A program made the position numbers and the translations under genes. Positions 34,688 through 59,453 of a stretch of 64,000 bases of DNA are shown here, one piece after another. The notes under the pieces were generated by a model. The model was not told where the DNA came from. It saw only the letters and a program-made list of their open reading frames with translations, and did no database searches. The DNA is from the human T2T-CHM13v2.0 reference genome, Homo sapiens: NCBI RefSeq assembly GCF_009914755.1, contig NC_060926.1. One strand, written 5' to 3'. Position 1 is the first letter of the stretch. Each line of letters begins with the position of its first letter.

Positions 34688-35559
34688 GAAAAGAATATTT
34701 TTTAAAAAAGAAAATCCATAATCGTAGTAACATTTTCTAGATGGAAAAAACAAGAAAGAAAAATAGAAAATTAGGTACAGAAGGTAAGTTCCATTCAGCT
34801 GTGCTCAATTTTGGTAACATATTAAACATGGTCAAACGCTTCCTCATATTCCATGTCCCCCTTCCCACCACATACCATGGCAGTTTTTTCAGATGAATAA
34901 AAACAAAAGCTATGGACATGAATGCATTACCGAATGTCAAACTTGCGATGACCTGGCTCAAGCAGCAGAGGGTGCTCAAGATATTTCTGGATCACGTGCA
35001 CTGGGCCCTGGTTGTCTATGAAATGGAGAAGCTCTGAAGCCTCTGAGGAGATGAGAATGCCTTCACCTAACAGGGAAAAAGCAAAAGAGAAACCAATCCA
35101 ATTCAAACCAAGAGCTCTCTATAAAGCCAGAAAGGAAATACGAACAGCAAAAACCCCACAAGAGGCTTTCAATGTCCTGCTCACCTTTTTCCCTCCCTTC
35201 CTTACTCCAGTCCCCCACATGCTCCCTTCTCCCCTCAAGAGCACCCAGGATTATCCTACCAACTCTTTCTCCATACAGGTGTCAACGCTATCTTGGCTGG
35301 CTACAACCATGAAACGTCAGTTTTACAGAAATTCGTAGTGCCTAAGCACTCAAAATAAATACCATTCTAGTACTAGTCACTGGCTACCACAATAAAGACT
35401 ATAACAACAATAAATCCCCTTCCTTCACTATATCTTATAGAACTACCAGGAAGATAAAGGCATAAAGATGAATGTTCAAGTACGTCCCTTGCAGCATTGC
35501 AATAGAAAAAACTGGATACATTGGAATTGTCCATTAACATTAAATAATTGATATATCCT

Positions 35560-38660
<3,101 letters not shown>

Positions 38661-39268
38661 TGAGTTGTCACCACTTCTTATTTTAACCATTTTAATAAAA
38701 GTGTAGTGACAGCTCGCTGTGGTTTCAGTTTGCTAGAATCTTCTGATCTATGCTTTAGATTTATAGCTGATTTCTACCTGGATCTCATGCTTTCTTTATA
38801 AATGAATTCAATTCAGTTCATTAATTCAATGATCCACCTTTCCCAAACGTTAACGCCCTTTTCAACTATCTTCTTCCTGTCACTTGTTCGACCATCTGGT
38901 GAGCTTCTTGAACAAGAAACTGCAAATCAACCTGGAAAAGCTCCCTTCTTCTCTTTCCCTACACACATGACTCATGCTGTTTCATCTCCCTTAGGAATCA
39001 GACTCAGATTTTTTGATACAACAGTATCAAAAATTATAAAATAAATTTGAATTTTATGTATCGTTTTATACCTATAAAATAAGAAAACAAAAATGGTGAT
39101 ACTTTTAGTAGAAGTTCGTCATGAACTGCTCCCTGTTAGCTCACGGCCCTTTGAAAAAGCAAGAGGATAACACAGAGCAAGAGCCATAAAGGCTTCATAT
39201 CATTTGACCAAGTAATCTCATGTTTCAAACTTACTCTAATGAAATTTTTAAGAAGAAACAAGAGTCAA

Positions 39269-39903
<635 letters not shown>

Positions 39904-40698
39904 GACACATATATATATATAAAATAAAAAATTAAAATTAAAAAAGAAACAAGGGTGATCTACAGCAAAGACATTTACTACTGTTATCTGTAATAGCGGA
40001 ACAATGGGGTTGTTTCTAAACAATAATTTTCTGTTATAGATGTAGTGTGTTCCCACGCTCCAGGTGAGAGGTGAAGGTGGCTAGATTAGAGATAGGCAGT
40101 GGACATGGTAAACAGTGGCTTCATAATGGGTAGAGTTTGAAGGTTGAGCCAACTATACAAAGCATGTAGTGGGTACCAAATAAATACTTGTTTAACAAGA
40201 ATAAAAGCCATTCATTCATCCTATTGATTTCATTTTATGGTTTCCAAACATAATAAATATATATCAAATATATATCTCTTCAACTCCTAAAGCAAAAAGT
40301 CTTTAGCATTTTATTCTCTCTTGACTTCCCCCTGCTGCTTGGTGTCCCTCTGAGTCTTGTCTTGGTGAGGGTCCAGGGATCACCAGGTGTCCTCACAGTG
40401 GCCATTCTGACTCCAATCCCAAACCCACCGGAGAAGGGATGTCTATTTCCTCTTCCAAATCCGTCATTTACCATTGGAACCACACTAGGGGGCAGTAGTT
40501 GAGAAAAGGTCACAAGAGGGGAGAGAGAAGTAGGTGAGATACCTGACTTGTGGCAAGAGTCCAACTCTCCCCCTTTCAGGGATACCAGTTGAGGCCTTCC
40601 TGTCTCATGGCTGGTGGAAAAGAAGGTGAGGTCCCTTCGACCCAGAACAGAAATGAGTACCAATGGCCAGATGTCTCCCAAGGCAATACAAGAAGTGA

Positions 40699-42578
<1,880 letters not shown>

Positions 42579-43306
42579 TGAGTAGAATTTTGAAAAAATA
42601 TGTTTAATAATGGTGGCAGCTGATATTTCAGCTTGAAACTGATGGATAAAATTGGCTCTGTGTTTTACTGTTTAGTATAAAGCTTTCTCTTGATGACGAA
42701 TCATATTTAATCATTTTACTTGGAAACTTTGAAAAAAGATCAGAAACAAGCTTTTTAGTATTTATTGATTTAATCGTATTATCCTAGTTTAAATTGTTGA
42801 TTTAATATATTGTGATAGTTGAATTTTTTAAAAAAATAGTCTTAACTTTTTGGACAGTTTTGTCCTTACAGAAAAATTAAGAAATTCGTACAAAGAGCAC
42901 CTATATGCCCTGTACTCAATTGTCTCCTATAACCAACATCTTACACGAGTATGGTGTATTTGCAACAATTACTCAACTAATATTGATTTGTTATTATTAG
43001 CTAGTGTGAATATTTTATCCAGATCTCCTTAGTTTTTGCCTAATATTATTTTCTGTTCGAGGATGTCATCCAGGACATCACATTACATTTAGTTGTCATC
43101 TGTCCTTACGCTCCGCTTGGCTGTGACAGTTTCTAAGACTTTTCTTGTTTCTGATGACCTTGACAGTTTTGGGGATACTGGTGAGATTTATTCCTGTTGA
43201 TGCTGACCTTGATCACCTGGCTGAGACGGTGTCCATTACGTTTCTCCACAGAAAAGTCCCTCTTTCTTTCCCTTTCCTTACTGTACTCTTTGGAAGGAAG
43301 TCCTTA

Positions 43307-43924
43307 TGTCAGAGGTGTTTGAACTGGAGTGACTCCATTTTGAGTGAGGGCTAGGAAAATGTGTCTGAGGCTTCCTGGGCTGCATTCCCAGAAAGTGAGG
43401 AATTCCTAGCCCCTAGATGTTTATGGTTAAGGGAACAGATTAATAATGTTTACTAAACAGATGCAGACTCGGGAGTGTCCAGATATCCCGATATCTGGAG
43501 AACAAGGGCATTCCTAATTTTGCTTTAAACATATCGATTCTTGCAAAATACAGTAATTAGGAAAATTAATGCTTTATCACAAACCCCTGTAGCAGAGCAC
43601 ATCTCCCCAAGATTTTTTTATCATATATATACATATGTGTGTATATATATACACATATGTATGTATTTATCTCATATATACACATATGTATGTATTTATC
43701 GTGTGTGTGTGTGTGTATACCAACATTGTATCTACGGTGGAAGCGTTCCTCCTTTTGCTTTCAGGAACGCCCTGCTCTGTCTATGGAGTAGCTGTGCTTT
43801 CACTACTTTACTTTCTTTAATAAACTTGCTTTTGCTTTGCACTGCAGATTCATCCTGAATTCTTTCTTGTGCAAGATTCAAGAATCCTCTCTTAGGGTGT
43901 GGATCGGGATCCCGATCCCTTTCC
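43307..43924 (+). mobile_element. ERV1 solo LTR of the MER41/LTR15-related group, inserted in an old antisense L1MC (~42830-44300)
   Basis: tgtcagaggtgtttgaactggagtgactccattttg...ctgggctgcattcccagaaag...ctatggagtagc...aataaacttgctt...ggatcgggatccc; TA/TG microsatellite inside. Confidence 0.8.
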
Positions 43925-45139
43925 AGCCCACACTTAAGGATTGGAGAGTTATGCTCTCCACTGTTTGAGGGTGAAATATCGACATCAATCATTTAGAATT
44001 CTTCTGCATGGGAGGTTTGTCTCCCCTATTTATTTATTTTCTCAATCATTGTTCATAGATACTTATTTCATACTTTGGATTAGAATCCAGTGTTACTTTA
44101 TGGTGTTGCTCCAATCATGCCTCCTTTGGCCACTGGAAGTTCTTTCACTTGCTCCTGTGTGCCTTTGACAAACCTCCCTCAAAGTGGGTTTGGTTTTGTT
44201 TGGGAGCACTTCTTTATTTCCTGTCATTTCAAGAGATTCTGTGCTTACCTTCTCTATTCCTGCTACAGTCCTTGAATCAGCCATTTGTCCAAGGAATCCT
44301 GGTCAGTTGAGTTTGTAATGTTGAAGCACCCTCTCATTCCTCAAACCCTGATTAGTTAAGGAGTACTATTCTTTTTCCGTATCATTGGATTTCATATTCT
44401 AATAATTTGATTATAATTTTTGTGTCTGTATCCCTTTATAAAAATGGTATATACTCTAATTTTTTGATATGTCTTACTAGTTTTAAAAATTAAAGCAATG
44501 TTAGCCTTATAAGATAAACAATGAAGCTTTGCACTTTTTCCAAGTACTGAAATTGTTTAGGCATTGTAAGAATTGTTCCTTCTTTAAAGGCCAGAAAGAA
44601 TTCAGGGATTAAAATCTTCTGGATCTATGACCTTTTAAAATATAGGCCTTTATTATTTCAGTCTCTCTATAGCTAATAATTCATTCAGGCTTTGTGTTTC
44701 TTCTGGGTAACTTTTGTTTATATTTTGACAAGAAATGTTTTTATTTCCCCTTCATTCCTGAAGTATAGTTCACTGGGTATAGAATTAGGATGAACAGTTC
44801 TTTTATTTTAGCCCTTGAAAATGTTAGCTATTTTCTTATTGTCCCACAAGTTCCTGGATCTCTGTTCATTTCTTTTTCAGCTATTTTCTTTTTGTCGTTC
44901 AGTTTGAGAAACTTGTAATAATCTATCTTCAAATTAATTGACTTTCCTCTGTCATCTCCATTCTGCTATTGAGCCCATTCAATGAATTTATTTTAATTAT
45001 ATTTTCAGTTCTAAAATTTCAAATTTTTTCCTTCTGTGTCTTTTTTTTCTTGAATTGTAATTTTTAAAATTTAAGTGTGTTCAATTACTTGTTGAAGTAT
45101 GTTCATGACATGTGCTTCAAAATCCTTGTCAGGGCTTTG

Positions 45140-49537
<4,398 letters not shown>

Positions 49538-49820
49538 CTATTTCATATAGTTTGTGAGTCCATTCACCATTGTTTGAACCTCTGAATCTATCTCATTGTG
49601 CCTTTGTCCCATTTTTTAATGTTTCTGCTAAGCCACAACCTATCCCATACTTGTGAGGTCCTAAAAATATCTCTCCCAACTTATCCCTTTGATATTTTGC
49701 AGATTTCTTTCTCATCATAGAAGTAAAATTAGATGAACATCAAGTCAAAGAGAAGTAGGTTTACATGTCAGTCAGTGTGAGTTAAACTATGTTGTAACTT
49801 CTGTTCACAGACTAAGAGAG

Positions 49821-50026
49821 ATGGAGTCTTTCCTCTTGGATGACATCAGCTCTGTGATACAGAACAAAGGCATTGAGAGAATCATCTCACCAATGATCGT
49901 TCAGCTTTGCCATCTGCTCATCTCAATGGAGAGGAAAGAAGTGGAGAATGAAGTATTTGCCTCATTGGAGAAGATGGCTGAGGAATTGGCGAAAGCTTGT
50001 GAAGACTTCGTGCAAGTTGTCAAAAG
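49821..50026 (+). CDS. Vinculin/alpha-catenin head-like coding exon (MESFLLDDISSVIQNKGIERIISPMIVQLCHLLI...VQVVK); first coding exon of a putative long LIMS3 isoform or remnant of a vinculin-family gene
   Basis: Acceptor cttctgttcacag at 49809-49810, ATG in strong context (gagATGG), donor AG|gtaatt at 50027. Ungapped similarity to vinculin residues ~4-60. Confidence 0.75.
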
Positions 50027-50569
50027 GTAATTCTTTCAAAGAACACAATAAATTTTCACCCTGACAAATTTGCAGAAGAAGGAAAGTGTAACTAGAGACT
50101 TATTATAATCTTTTTAAGTGCTTTTGGAAAGAAGTCAGATGAGAAAAAAAATAATAAAACACAAAGACACAAAGCAAATTTATTTAATAGGTTGTTATTT
50201 ATGACTTGGGGTATAATTTAAGTATGCAAACATTTGAGAATTAGTTGACTGAGTTTTCCACTGAGAACAAGTTCTACATGCCATCAGAGGGTTTCTAGAT
50301 TATTATTTCATTTCACAGATGAATTATTTTCTATTATAGGGATAAGAATTTTCAGAGTAGTCTAAACACAATTTTCATGTCTGTCTTTTAGTGCATTTGA
50401 GCCTGATTCTTTGTTAGTAAACCTACATGCAAATTATTTTCATAATAAGTTTCAATTCCAGGGTTAATACAAAGTAGCCTAGTTATAACAACAAAACCGA
50501 ACTCTATTAATAAAAACTGAATACCACTACAAAAATGTTACTTTTTTCTTTTTCGCCCCAAACTTCATG

Positions 50570-51800
50570 TAGGTGTTGGAGCAAACTGCCTATGTTTGAA
50601 TCTTAGCAACACCATCAATTTAGTGCAATCCTATAAAAATTCCACAAGCTTTCTTTTTTAAATGGAGCTTGAAAAGTTGATACCAAAGTCCATATGAAAA
50701 AAATTAAACATAAGAACAACTAGAAGAACCCTGGAATAAAAAGCTGTGGAGAGAGAATAGCTTGTCAGGTATTAAAAACACTTCTAGATCCTCTTTTAGG
50801 AAAGTGTATGATACTGTCATATGAAGAGACAGATTGACCACTGGAACAGAATAAAAAGCCCAGAAACACACAACTACACATGGATCTGTACACCACAAAG
50901 AGTGGACTTTAGTGCACGCAAATTTGAAAAATGAACCAGGCTGGCCGGGCGGGTGGCTCATGCCTGTAAACTCAGCATTTTGGGAGGCGGAGGCAGGTGG
51001 ATCGCCTGAGGTCGGGAGTTCAAGACCAGCCTGGCCAGCATGGTGAAACCCCATCTCTACTAAAAATACAAAAATTAGCTGGGCGTGGTGGCGGGCACCT
51101 GTAGTCCCAGCTACTCTGGAGGCTGAGGCAGGAGAATCACTTGAACCCAGGAGGCGGAGGTTGCAAGTGAGCCAAGATAGTGCCATTGCACTCCAGCCTG
51201 GTGACAGAGCAAGACTCCATCTCAAAAAAAAAAAAAAGGAATAGGCTGTTAGGAAGTCCTGTGGAGAAAGCAGGCTATAACAAATGAATCTAACAATATT
51301 ACAAACGCATGATACAGCCTCACTGAAAGAGTTGCATGGAGAAGGAGCTGACCTAAGCAATTTTGGAAGACAGCCTTTTGACTGGATACTGTAAAACTAA
51401 AGAAAATTGTATATTAACACAGTATTCTAGGTAGTAAATTTGTTTCTCAGTAATTTTGAAACTACAAGTATAATAAATAGATAGATATGTTGTAGATAAT
51501 GAAAGTTGGGGTCTCACTCTCAGAGAAAAAAGTTACAAATAAGCAAGGGGGGAAGTTAGAATGAGCCTTGTGGAGTAGAGTGGGAGGTATCAGTATGAAT
51601 GTGTGCGTGTCTATGTATACACATGTATAATACACTAATCTGTGTTTAGCTGTATTTTTTCACTCTGTCTTCTGAGAAGCCCTAGAAGCAGTGACACCCC
51701 AGTATTTCTGGAGAAACGCCTGAGAAATTCTAGGTCTGGAGCCAGGAATACACAAAATAAGGCTGGAACATCTTGTAGCACCAGAAGGAAAAGAAAGGAT
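50570..51800 (+). mobile_element. Old L1M fragments with Alu 50943-51238
   Basis: caatttagtgcaatccta...cagattgaccactggaacagaata (ORF2 C-terminal) and an L1MD-like 3' region. Confidence 0.6.
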
Positions 51801-51820
51801 GGAGGCGTGTAAGAAGGACA

Positions 51821-52090
51821 TGTGGTGGGCTGAATAATGGCCCCCAAATATGTCCAGATCCTACTCCCCAAAACCTGTGAATATGTTACTTACATGGCAA
51901 AGGGACTTTGCAAATATGGTTAAGAACCTTTAGATGGGAGATGATCCTGGATGATCTGGGGGCCCGAGGGAGTCACAGTCGTCCTTATAAGAGGGATGCA
52001 GGAGGATCAGAAAGAGGAGAAAGGAATGTGAGGATGGAAACAGAGGTCAGAGTAATGTGCTTTGAAGATGGAAGAACAGGCCACAAGAAG
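51821..52090 (+). mobile_element. MLT1D-like MaLR LTR fragment
   Basis: tgtggtgggctgaataatggcccccaaa...acctgtgaatatgttac...gctttgaagatggaag. Confidence 0.75.
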
Positions 52091-52742
52091 TTGCACCTAT
52101 AATAAAATGTCAAATAAGATCTAGAGGCTTCAGGAGAACCTGAGGTTATCTGTGGAGGGTGGAAGGCTTATGCTGAAGTGGTCCCCTGAGAGCAAAGATC
52201 AGGAGTAAGGGACGATCCCCTAGTACTCACTTGCAGAAGTGACTTAAAGCTGCTAAAAGGATGTGTGTCAGGGCTTTGGCATTCTGCCGCAGACATAGAA
52301 AGACCTGATACTGTTTTGACTTCCTGTGTCCCTGTAGGCATTCAGCGGCCAACATTTGTATAGTACTTTATCTTTCTCAGCTTATTTCTAATTAGCGATA
52401 ATTAATACTCTTAGTATTAATACGAGTTAATTTGTAATTCTTACAAAAGAGTGTGAGATAAAATGAGCATGTGCTGTCTTTAATTTCCAAAGGAGGAAAT
52501 GAAAGGGTCCATGGAAGATGAGCTGTAGCTGTGGAAGGAGCAGAAAAGCCAGAGGGTGGCTCAGGAGTCTGGTGTTATATATGATGACAACATTTTAAAA
52601 ATAAGAGGTGAGGAAAATGGGAGCACACTTTTTGGAAGATTAACATAAATGTAAAATGATTTACAGAACAGATCAATGGAATTCAGTTAGGTCTCAGATT
52701 TTACTTTCCCCATTAGGGATGTATGTAAAGAAAGGGCATGTT

Positions 52743-53446
52743 GGCCGGGCATGGCACACGCCTGTAATCCTAGCACTTTGGGAGGCCAAGATGGGCAGAT
52801 CACCTGAGGTCAGGAGTTTGAGACCAGCCTGATCAACATGGAGAAACCTCATCTCAACTAAAAATACAAAATTAGCCAGGCGTGGTGGTGCATGCCTGTA
52901 ATCCCAGCTACTCAGGAGGCTGAAGCAGGAGAATCACTTGAACCTGGGAGGCAGAGGTTGCTGTGAACCGAGATCACGCCATTGCACAGCCTGGACAACA
53001 AGAGCAAAACTCCATCTCAAAAAAAAAAAACTAAACTAAACTAAAAAGGAGGGGGACATGTTGAGGCAATAGGAACTTGAAGTACTTGGGATGGTTCATT
53101 AATTTCCCTACGAAACGTCTTTGGTTCATTAATTTCCCTACGAAACATCTTTTTTTTTTTTTTTTTTTTTTAGACAGAGTCTTGCTCTGTTGCTGGGGTG
53201 CAGTGGCATGATCTTGGTTCACTGCAACTTCCGCCTCCTGGGTTCAAATGATTCTCCTGCCTCAGCCTCCCGAGAAGCTGGGATTACAGGTGCGCACCAC
53301 CACACCCAGCTGATTTTTGTATTTTTAGTAGAAGTGGAGTTTCTCCTTGTTGGCCAGGCTGATCTCGAACTCCTGACCTCAGGTGATCTGCCTGCCTCAG
53401 CCTCCAAAAGTGCTGAGATTACAGATGTGAGCCACTGTGCTTGGTC
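52743..53446. mobile_element. Inverted (tail-to-tail) Alu pair: 52743-53030(+) and 53150-53446(-)
   Basis: Alu consensus in opposite orientations ~120 bp apart. Confidence 0.88.
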
Positions 53447-53916
53447 AAAACATCTTAATTTGACCTTTTTTTTTAATTCACAGACCACTTTGAGACTCAA
53501 CACTTACGACATTCATAGAAGAAAATGCACAAAGGCACATGCATAGAAAGTTTTTGTATAACTTCCAGGAATTCATGCCCCCAGTCCAGCCACAGCAACA
53601 CGTGATTGTAATGATGATTGCATTTCTGAAGACTTTTTAAAAGCATTTTTTTGGATAGAAGAGTTAAAATGTTGTGAATTCTTGATAAATTGAATAAGCA
53701 ACAAATACACTAGCAGTCACTAGAGGGTGATGTTTTCTAGCATACAACATCAAGTTCTTTCCGGCAGGTTGTCATTGTAAGTTCCTGTGTATGTGCTTGC
53801 TTGTGTGTGTGTCTGTGTGAAAGAGACAGAGGCACACACACAGACTGTCTCTACCTGCATAACTAAAAGAATTTCTTTGTGCATGTTTCTTTTTTCTCCT
53901 TTTCACTTATCTATAA

Positions 53917-54232
<316 letters not shown>

Positions 54233-54926
54233 AGAAATGCTATTTTTTTAAAGCCTTCTCCCACCTGTTCTACAGATGAATTCTGAATGTTTTCTAATAT
54301 ATCCTTGTTTCTCATCATCCTAGGAATAGCTACCAATTATGAGCACCCACTGTGGTTGGCTGTGCACTGGGTGGCTTATGAACTTTACCCCTCATCCCTA
54401 CAACTGCAGCGTGGGCTATTTCATAGATTAGGACATGATGTGTAAGTAGCTGGCTCAAAGCCCTCCATCTAGTAAGTTTGCCAGTATATCATCAGTTCAT
54501 AGTAAACTAAAAAAATGTCTACTTTATCCAAACTTTTTTGTTTATAAATGAATTTTTGTCACCTGGTATGTCTTAGATATGATTTGAGACTTTTTGTTGT
54601 TGTTGGCATAGCTTTAATAAAATTAACATAAACTTTGACTTTGTATAGGCTAGGAGGAAGGAGAGACTGAGGAGTACTATGTTTGGAAGGAAAGTTGAAG
54701 GTAGGGCAGCCGGATGGTTAGCTTTGCAGATACCAGGCCAGTGAGAAGAAAACAGCTAGTTCAATATTTTGCTTAGGATTGAGCCCTGATGGTTGGATAC
54801 TAGCCATCTGGGGGGTGGTGGGTGGGGAATCCTTTTGGGAGAACGGACGGAGTGTGGGAATGAGGCCCTGGCCAGGCAGATGTGTGCCAATCTGACACTG
54901 TTCATTTCTTCTGTTGTTTATGCCAG

Positions 54927-55017
54927 TTCAGGCAACACGGAAGCTGTGTCTGTTTCTCCTGTCATTGTAAATGCAGCCCTGGTCTTTCAAAAAGCTGTGG
55001 TTGTGTGGGTCTTTAAG
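54927..55017 (+). CDS. Putative internal exon of long LIMS3 isoform (SSGNTEAVSVSPVIVNAALVFQKAVVVWVFK)
   Basis: ttcatttcttctgttgtttatgccag| ... TTT AAG|gtattc; 91 nt, phase 2 to 0, no stop. Confidence 0.6.
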
Positions 55018-55204
55018 GTATTCCTTCAGTAATTGTGGTGGCCACTATTTCATTTAAGGAGTTAGCATCTTATAAAGAAAAATCTGTTTTCTCAAGGCTC
55101 TATAGTAATGATATTTTGTTTAAGTTTGTCCAATATGGTATTTAGTTCTTCCTATTAAGGAGGAGTCTCTAAACTTCAGTCTGTGGGCCAAATCTACCTC
55201 CTGT

Positions 55205-57130
<1,926 letters not shown>

Positions 57131-57306
57131 TTGTTCTTCTCTTCTGTTCTCTTTTTTCTTCACTTTTCTTTCACAGAATCTTACTCTGTCACCCAGGCTG
57201 CTCTGATGCAGTCTCTGCTCACTGCAACCTCTGCCTCCCAGGTTCAAGCGATTCTCCTGCCTCAAGCCTCCTGAATAGCTGGGATTACAGGCACCCGCCA
57301 CCATGC

Positions 57307-57882
57307 TGTTCTGTGCGGGAGATGCCTAAGGGGGGAAGAAAAACACACACACAATACCTTTAAGGGTAAACAAGCTTTATCCCACGTAAAAGGCAATGCA
57401 GATATAATAAACAAATGATACAATAAACAAATTGCAATGAAAAGGGGAGAAGGGAAAAGATATATATATATATTTTTTTACACTCACCAAACTATGGAGG
57501 ATTCATCACCAGACCGGGAAGCAACAGCCTGTGCTCCAGAGTCAGCCACTGGTCCATGCACAGCGAGGGAAGGTCTCATGAAGTTTCGGTGCAGTCTGGG
57601 ACTCTAGCTGTTTTCGTAACAAGTTGTTTGGCATGAGACCCAGTCACAAGTGCCTTCGTGACTGGGCTTAAGGAACACAAAAAGGTCACAACTTGTTTTT
57701 GCGATTGTCTATTGTTTTTCAATAACTGACATGTAAGAATAGATTGAAATAGAGATTTCTCTGAAACAGCGCTGGATGAATGCCTCAAGGGGCTCACTCA
57801 ACCTGTTTCAGGACTTGGTGACCATTGTTTGTGTCCATGTTCAATTGAGTTCAAATTTAATATTTAACTTTTCCTCCACACA
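57307..57882 (-). mobile_element. ERV solo LTR (subfamily uncertain) nested inside an antisense Alu (~57160-58036)
   Basis: TG...CA ends; 5-bp TSD catgc/cacgc splitting the Alu at ccaccatgc|ccggctaat. Confidence 0.8.
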
Positions 57883-58165
57883 CACGCCCGGCTAATGTTT
57901 TGTGTTTTTAGTAGAGACAGGGTTTCATCATGTTGGCCAGGCTCCTGGCCAAATCTCAAACTCCTGACCTCAGGTGATCCACCCGCCTCGGCCTCCCAAA
58001 GTGCAGGGATTACAGGCGTGAGCCACTGCACCTGACCACCACCTAAACTTTCCATGGCCACACTGTTACAGATCCTTATTCACGACATACAAACAACCTT
58101 CTTCACTCAGCACTGGGCACCAAACTATGTACTGTATAGTCATAGAAGCAGAGGCTATGACTTTT

Positions 58166-58194
58166 ATTCATTCATTCATTCATTCATTCATTCA
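58166..58194. repeat. (TTCA)n microsatellite
   Basis: attcattcattc... ~7 units. Confidence 0.9.
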
Positions 58195-58949
58195 GCAGAT
58201 TGTAGTATCTTCTACTGATGGTGGGCGGGATACTTCTTAGGCACCACATTGGGCCTATTGCATCATGGGCTCATAGTAAAAGTTCCATATGTCCAGGAAT
58301 GATGTAAAGCCAACAATGGAATAATGCGAGCAACTATTTTTCTAGAAGAAGTAGACTTTACCAGAATGCCAAAATGGGCTGCTAAAGGAAGGGCAGCCCA
58401 TCAGTGCTGTCACCAGCTCCTGAAACCCCGGGGCCTGTTTACTCCCACCATTGCAGTGGAGGACATGTCTGAGCCTCCTGCTTGGCTTTAACCCCCACAT
58501 TAGTTCCTTTGTTGTTTCAGTGTAAGTAGCTTGGGTAATGTGCAGAGAATTTCTTTGCCTTGTATTATTATGAGAATCAACTGGTTGGGTCATCAGTTCC
58601 TAGGGAGAGGCTAATGGGAAGGTGATCTATAGAGTGTGATAGAAGACAATCTAGCTTTCTTGCTGCATCTTTTCTTCCTTCAGAACGTCAGCTTCTCTTT
58701 TCCCTCCCAACTCCCAGCAGGATATTCCTGATTGAAAGAAAGGCCAAGAGGAGAGAATGAGATCTAGCAAAATTGTAAACAAAGGAACAGAGCCACAAAC
58801 CTGTTTTACATTCATATAAAATGTTACATTGATTGATTAAACAGTTTAAAAATATCTTCATAGTATATGGTACCTTTGATCATAAAACCAGGTCATGTTA
58901 AGGTGACCTCTATTGAAGAGTTCTATTTAGGGTTACTGTGTGCCAACCA

Positions 58950-59453
58950 CCCTCATTAAAATAGTCACAGATGTAAGTAGAGGAAACCAGATAAAAGGAA
59001 AGATCTCTATCTGCTTCCCCGTAGTAATCCTTACATAGCATAACTTGAGTTAAGAACAGCCAGATGGAAGAGATAATGGGGCAAGGTGTGGGGAAACAGA
59101 GCAGAGCTTCTCTCCTCTGGGAGCGCCACCCTCCCAGCACCTCCATATGTTCAGCAACCCAGAAGTTCCCCTAAACTGTCCTATTGAGTTTTTATGGAGG
59201 CTTCTTTTCATAGGCATGATTGATTTGATCATTGACCACAACTCCTCTCCCTTCCAAGGGGTTGGGGCTGGAGCTGAAAGTTGCAGCCTTCTTATTGCAT
59301 GGTTGATTCTCCAGCAGCCACCCCCACACCTGTCACATTAGCCTACAAAAGACACTTACCACTTCAGAGAGTCCAAGAGTTTTAGGAGTCCTGTGCCAGG
59401 AAATGGGGGCGGAGACCAAGAATAGATTTATTATTAAAAGTCACAATATGACA
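58950..59453 (-). mobile_element. MER21-like LTR fragment
   Basis: aacagccagatggaagag...caccctcccagcacctccatatgttcagcaacccagaag...ggagtcctgtgccaggaa. Confidence 0.65.

Noticed and set aside
34737-35338. ORFs of 80 aa (-) and 108 aa (+) in a repeat-poor island
   Set aside because: No recognisable domain; non-ATG starts.
40280-40681. 133-aa minus-strand ORF in unique sequence
   Set aside because: No recognisable homology or exon structure; compatible with chance.
50704-51360. 218-aa minus-strand ORF
   Set aside because: Mostly antisense Alu translation ([10 protein letters not shown]) plus L1 remnants; the same applies to the many other Alu-derived ORFs in the track.
52100-52360. Possible second vinculin-like exon near acceptor-like ttcctgtgtccctgtag
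   Set aside because: By eye, I saw no frame with vinculin-like sequence or a matching donor.
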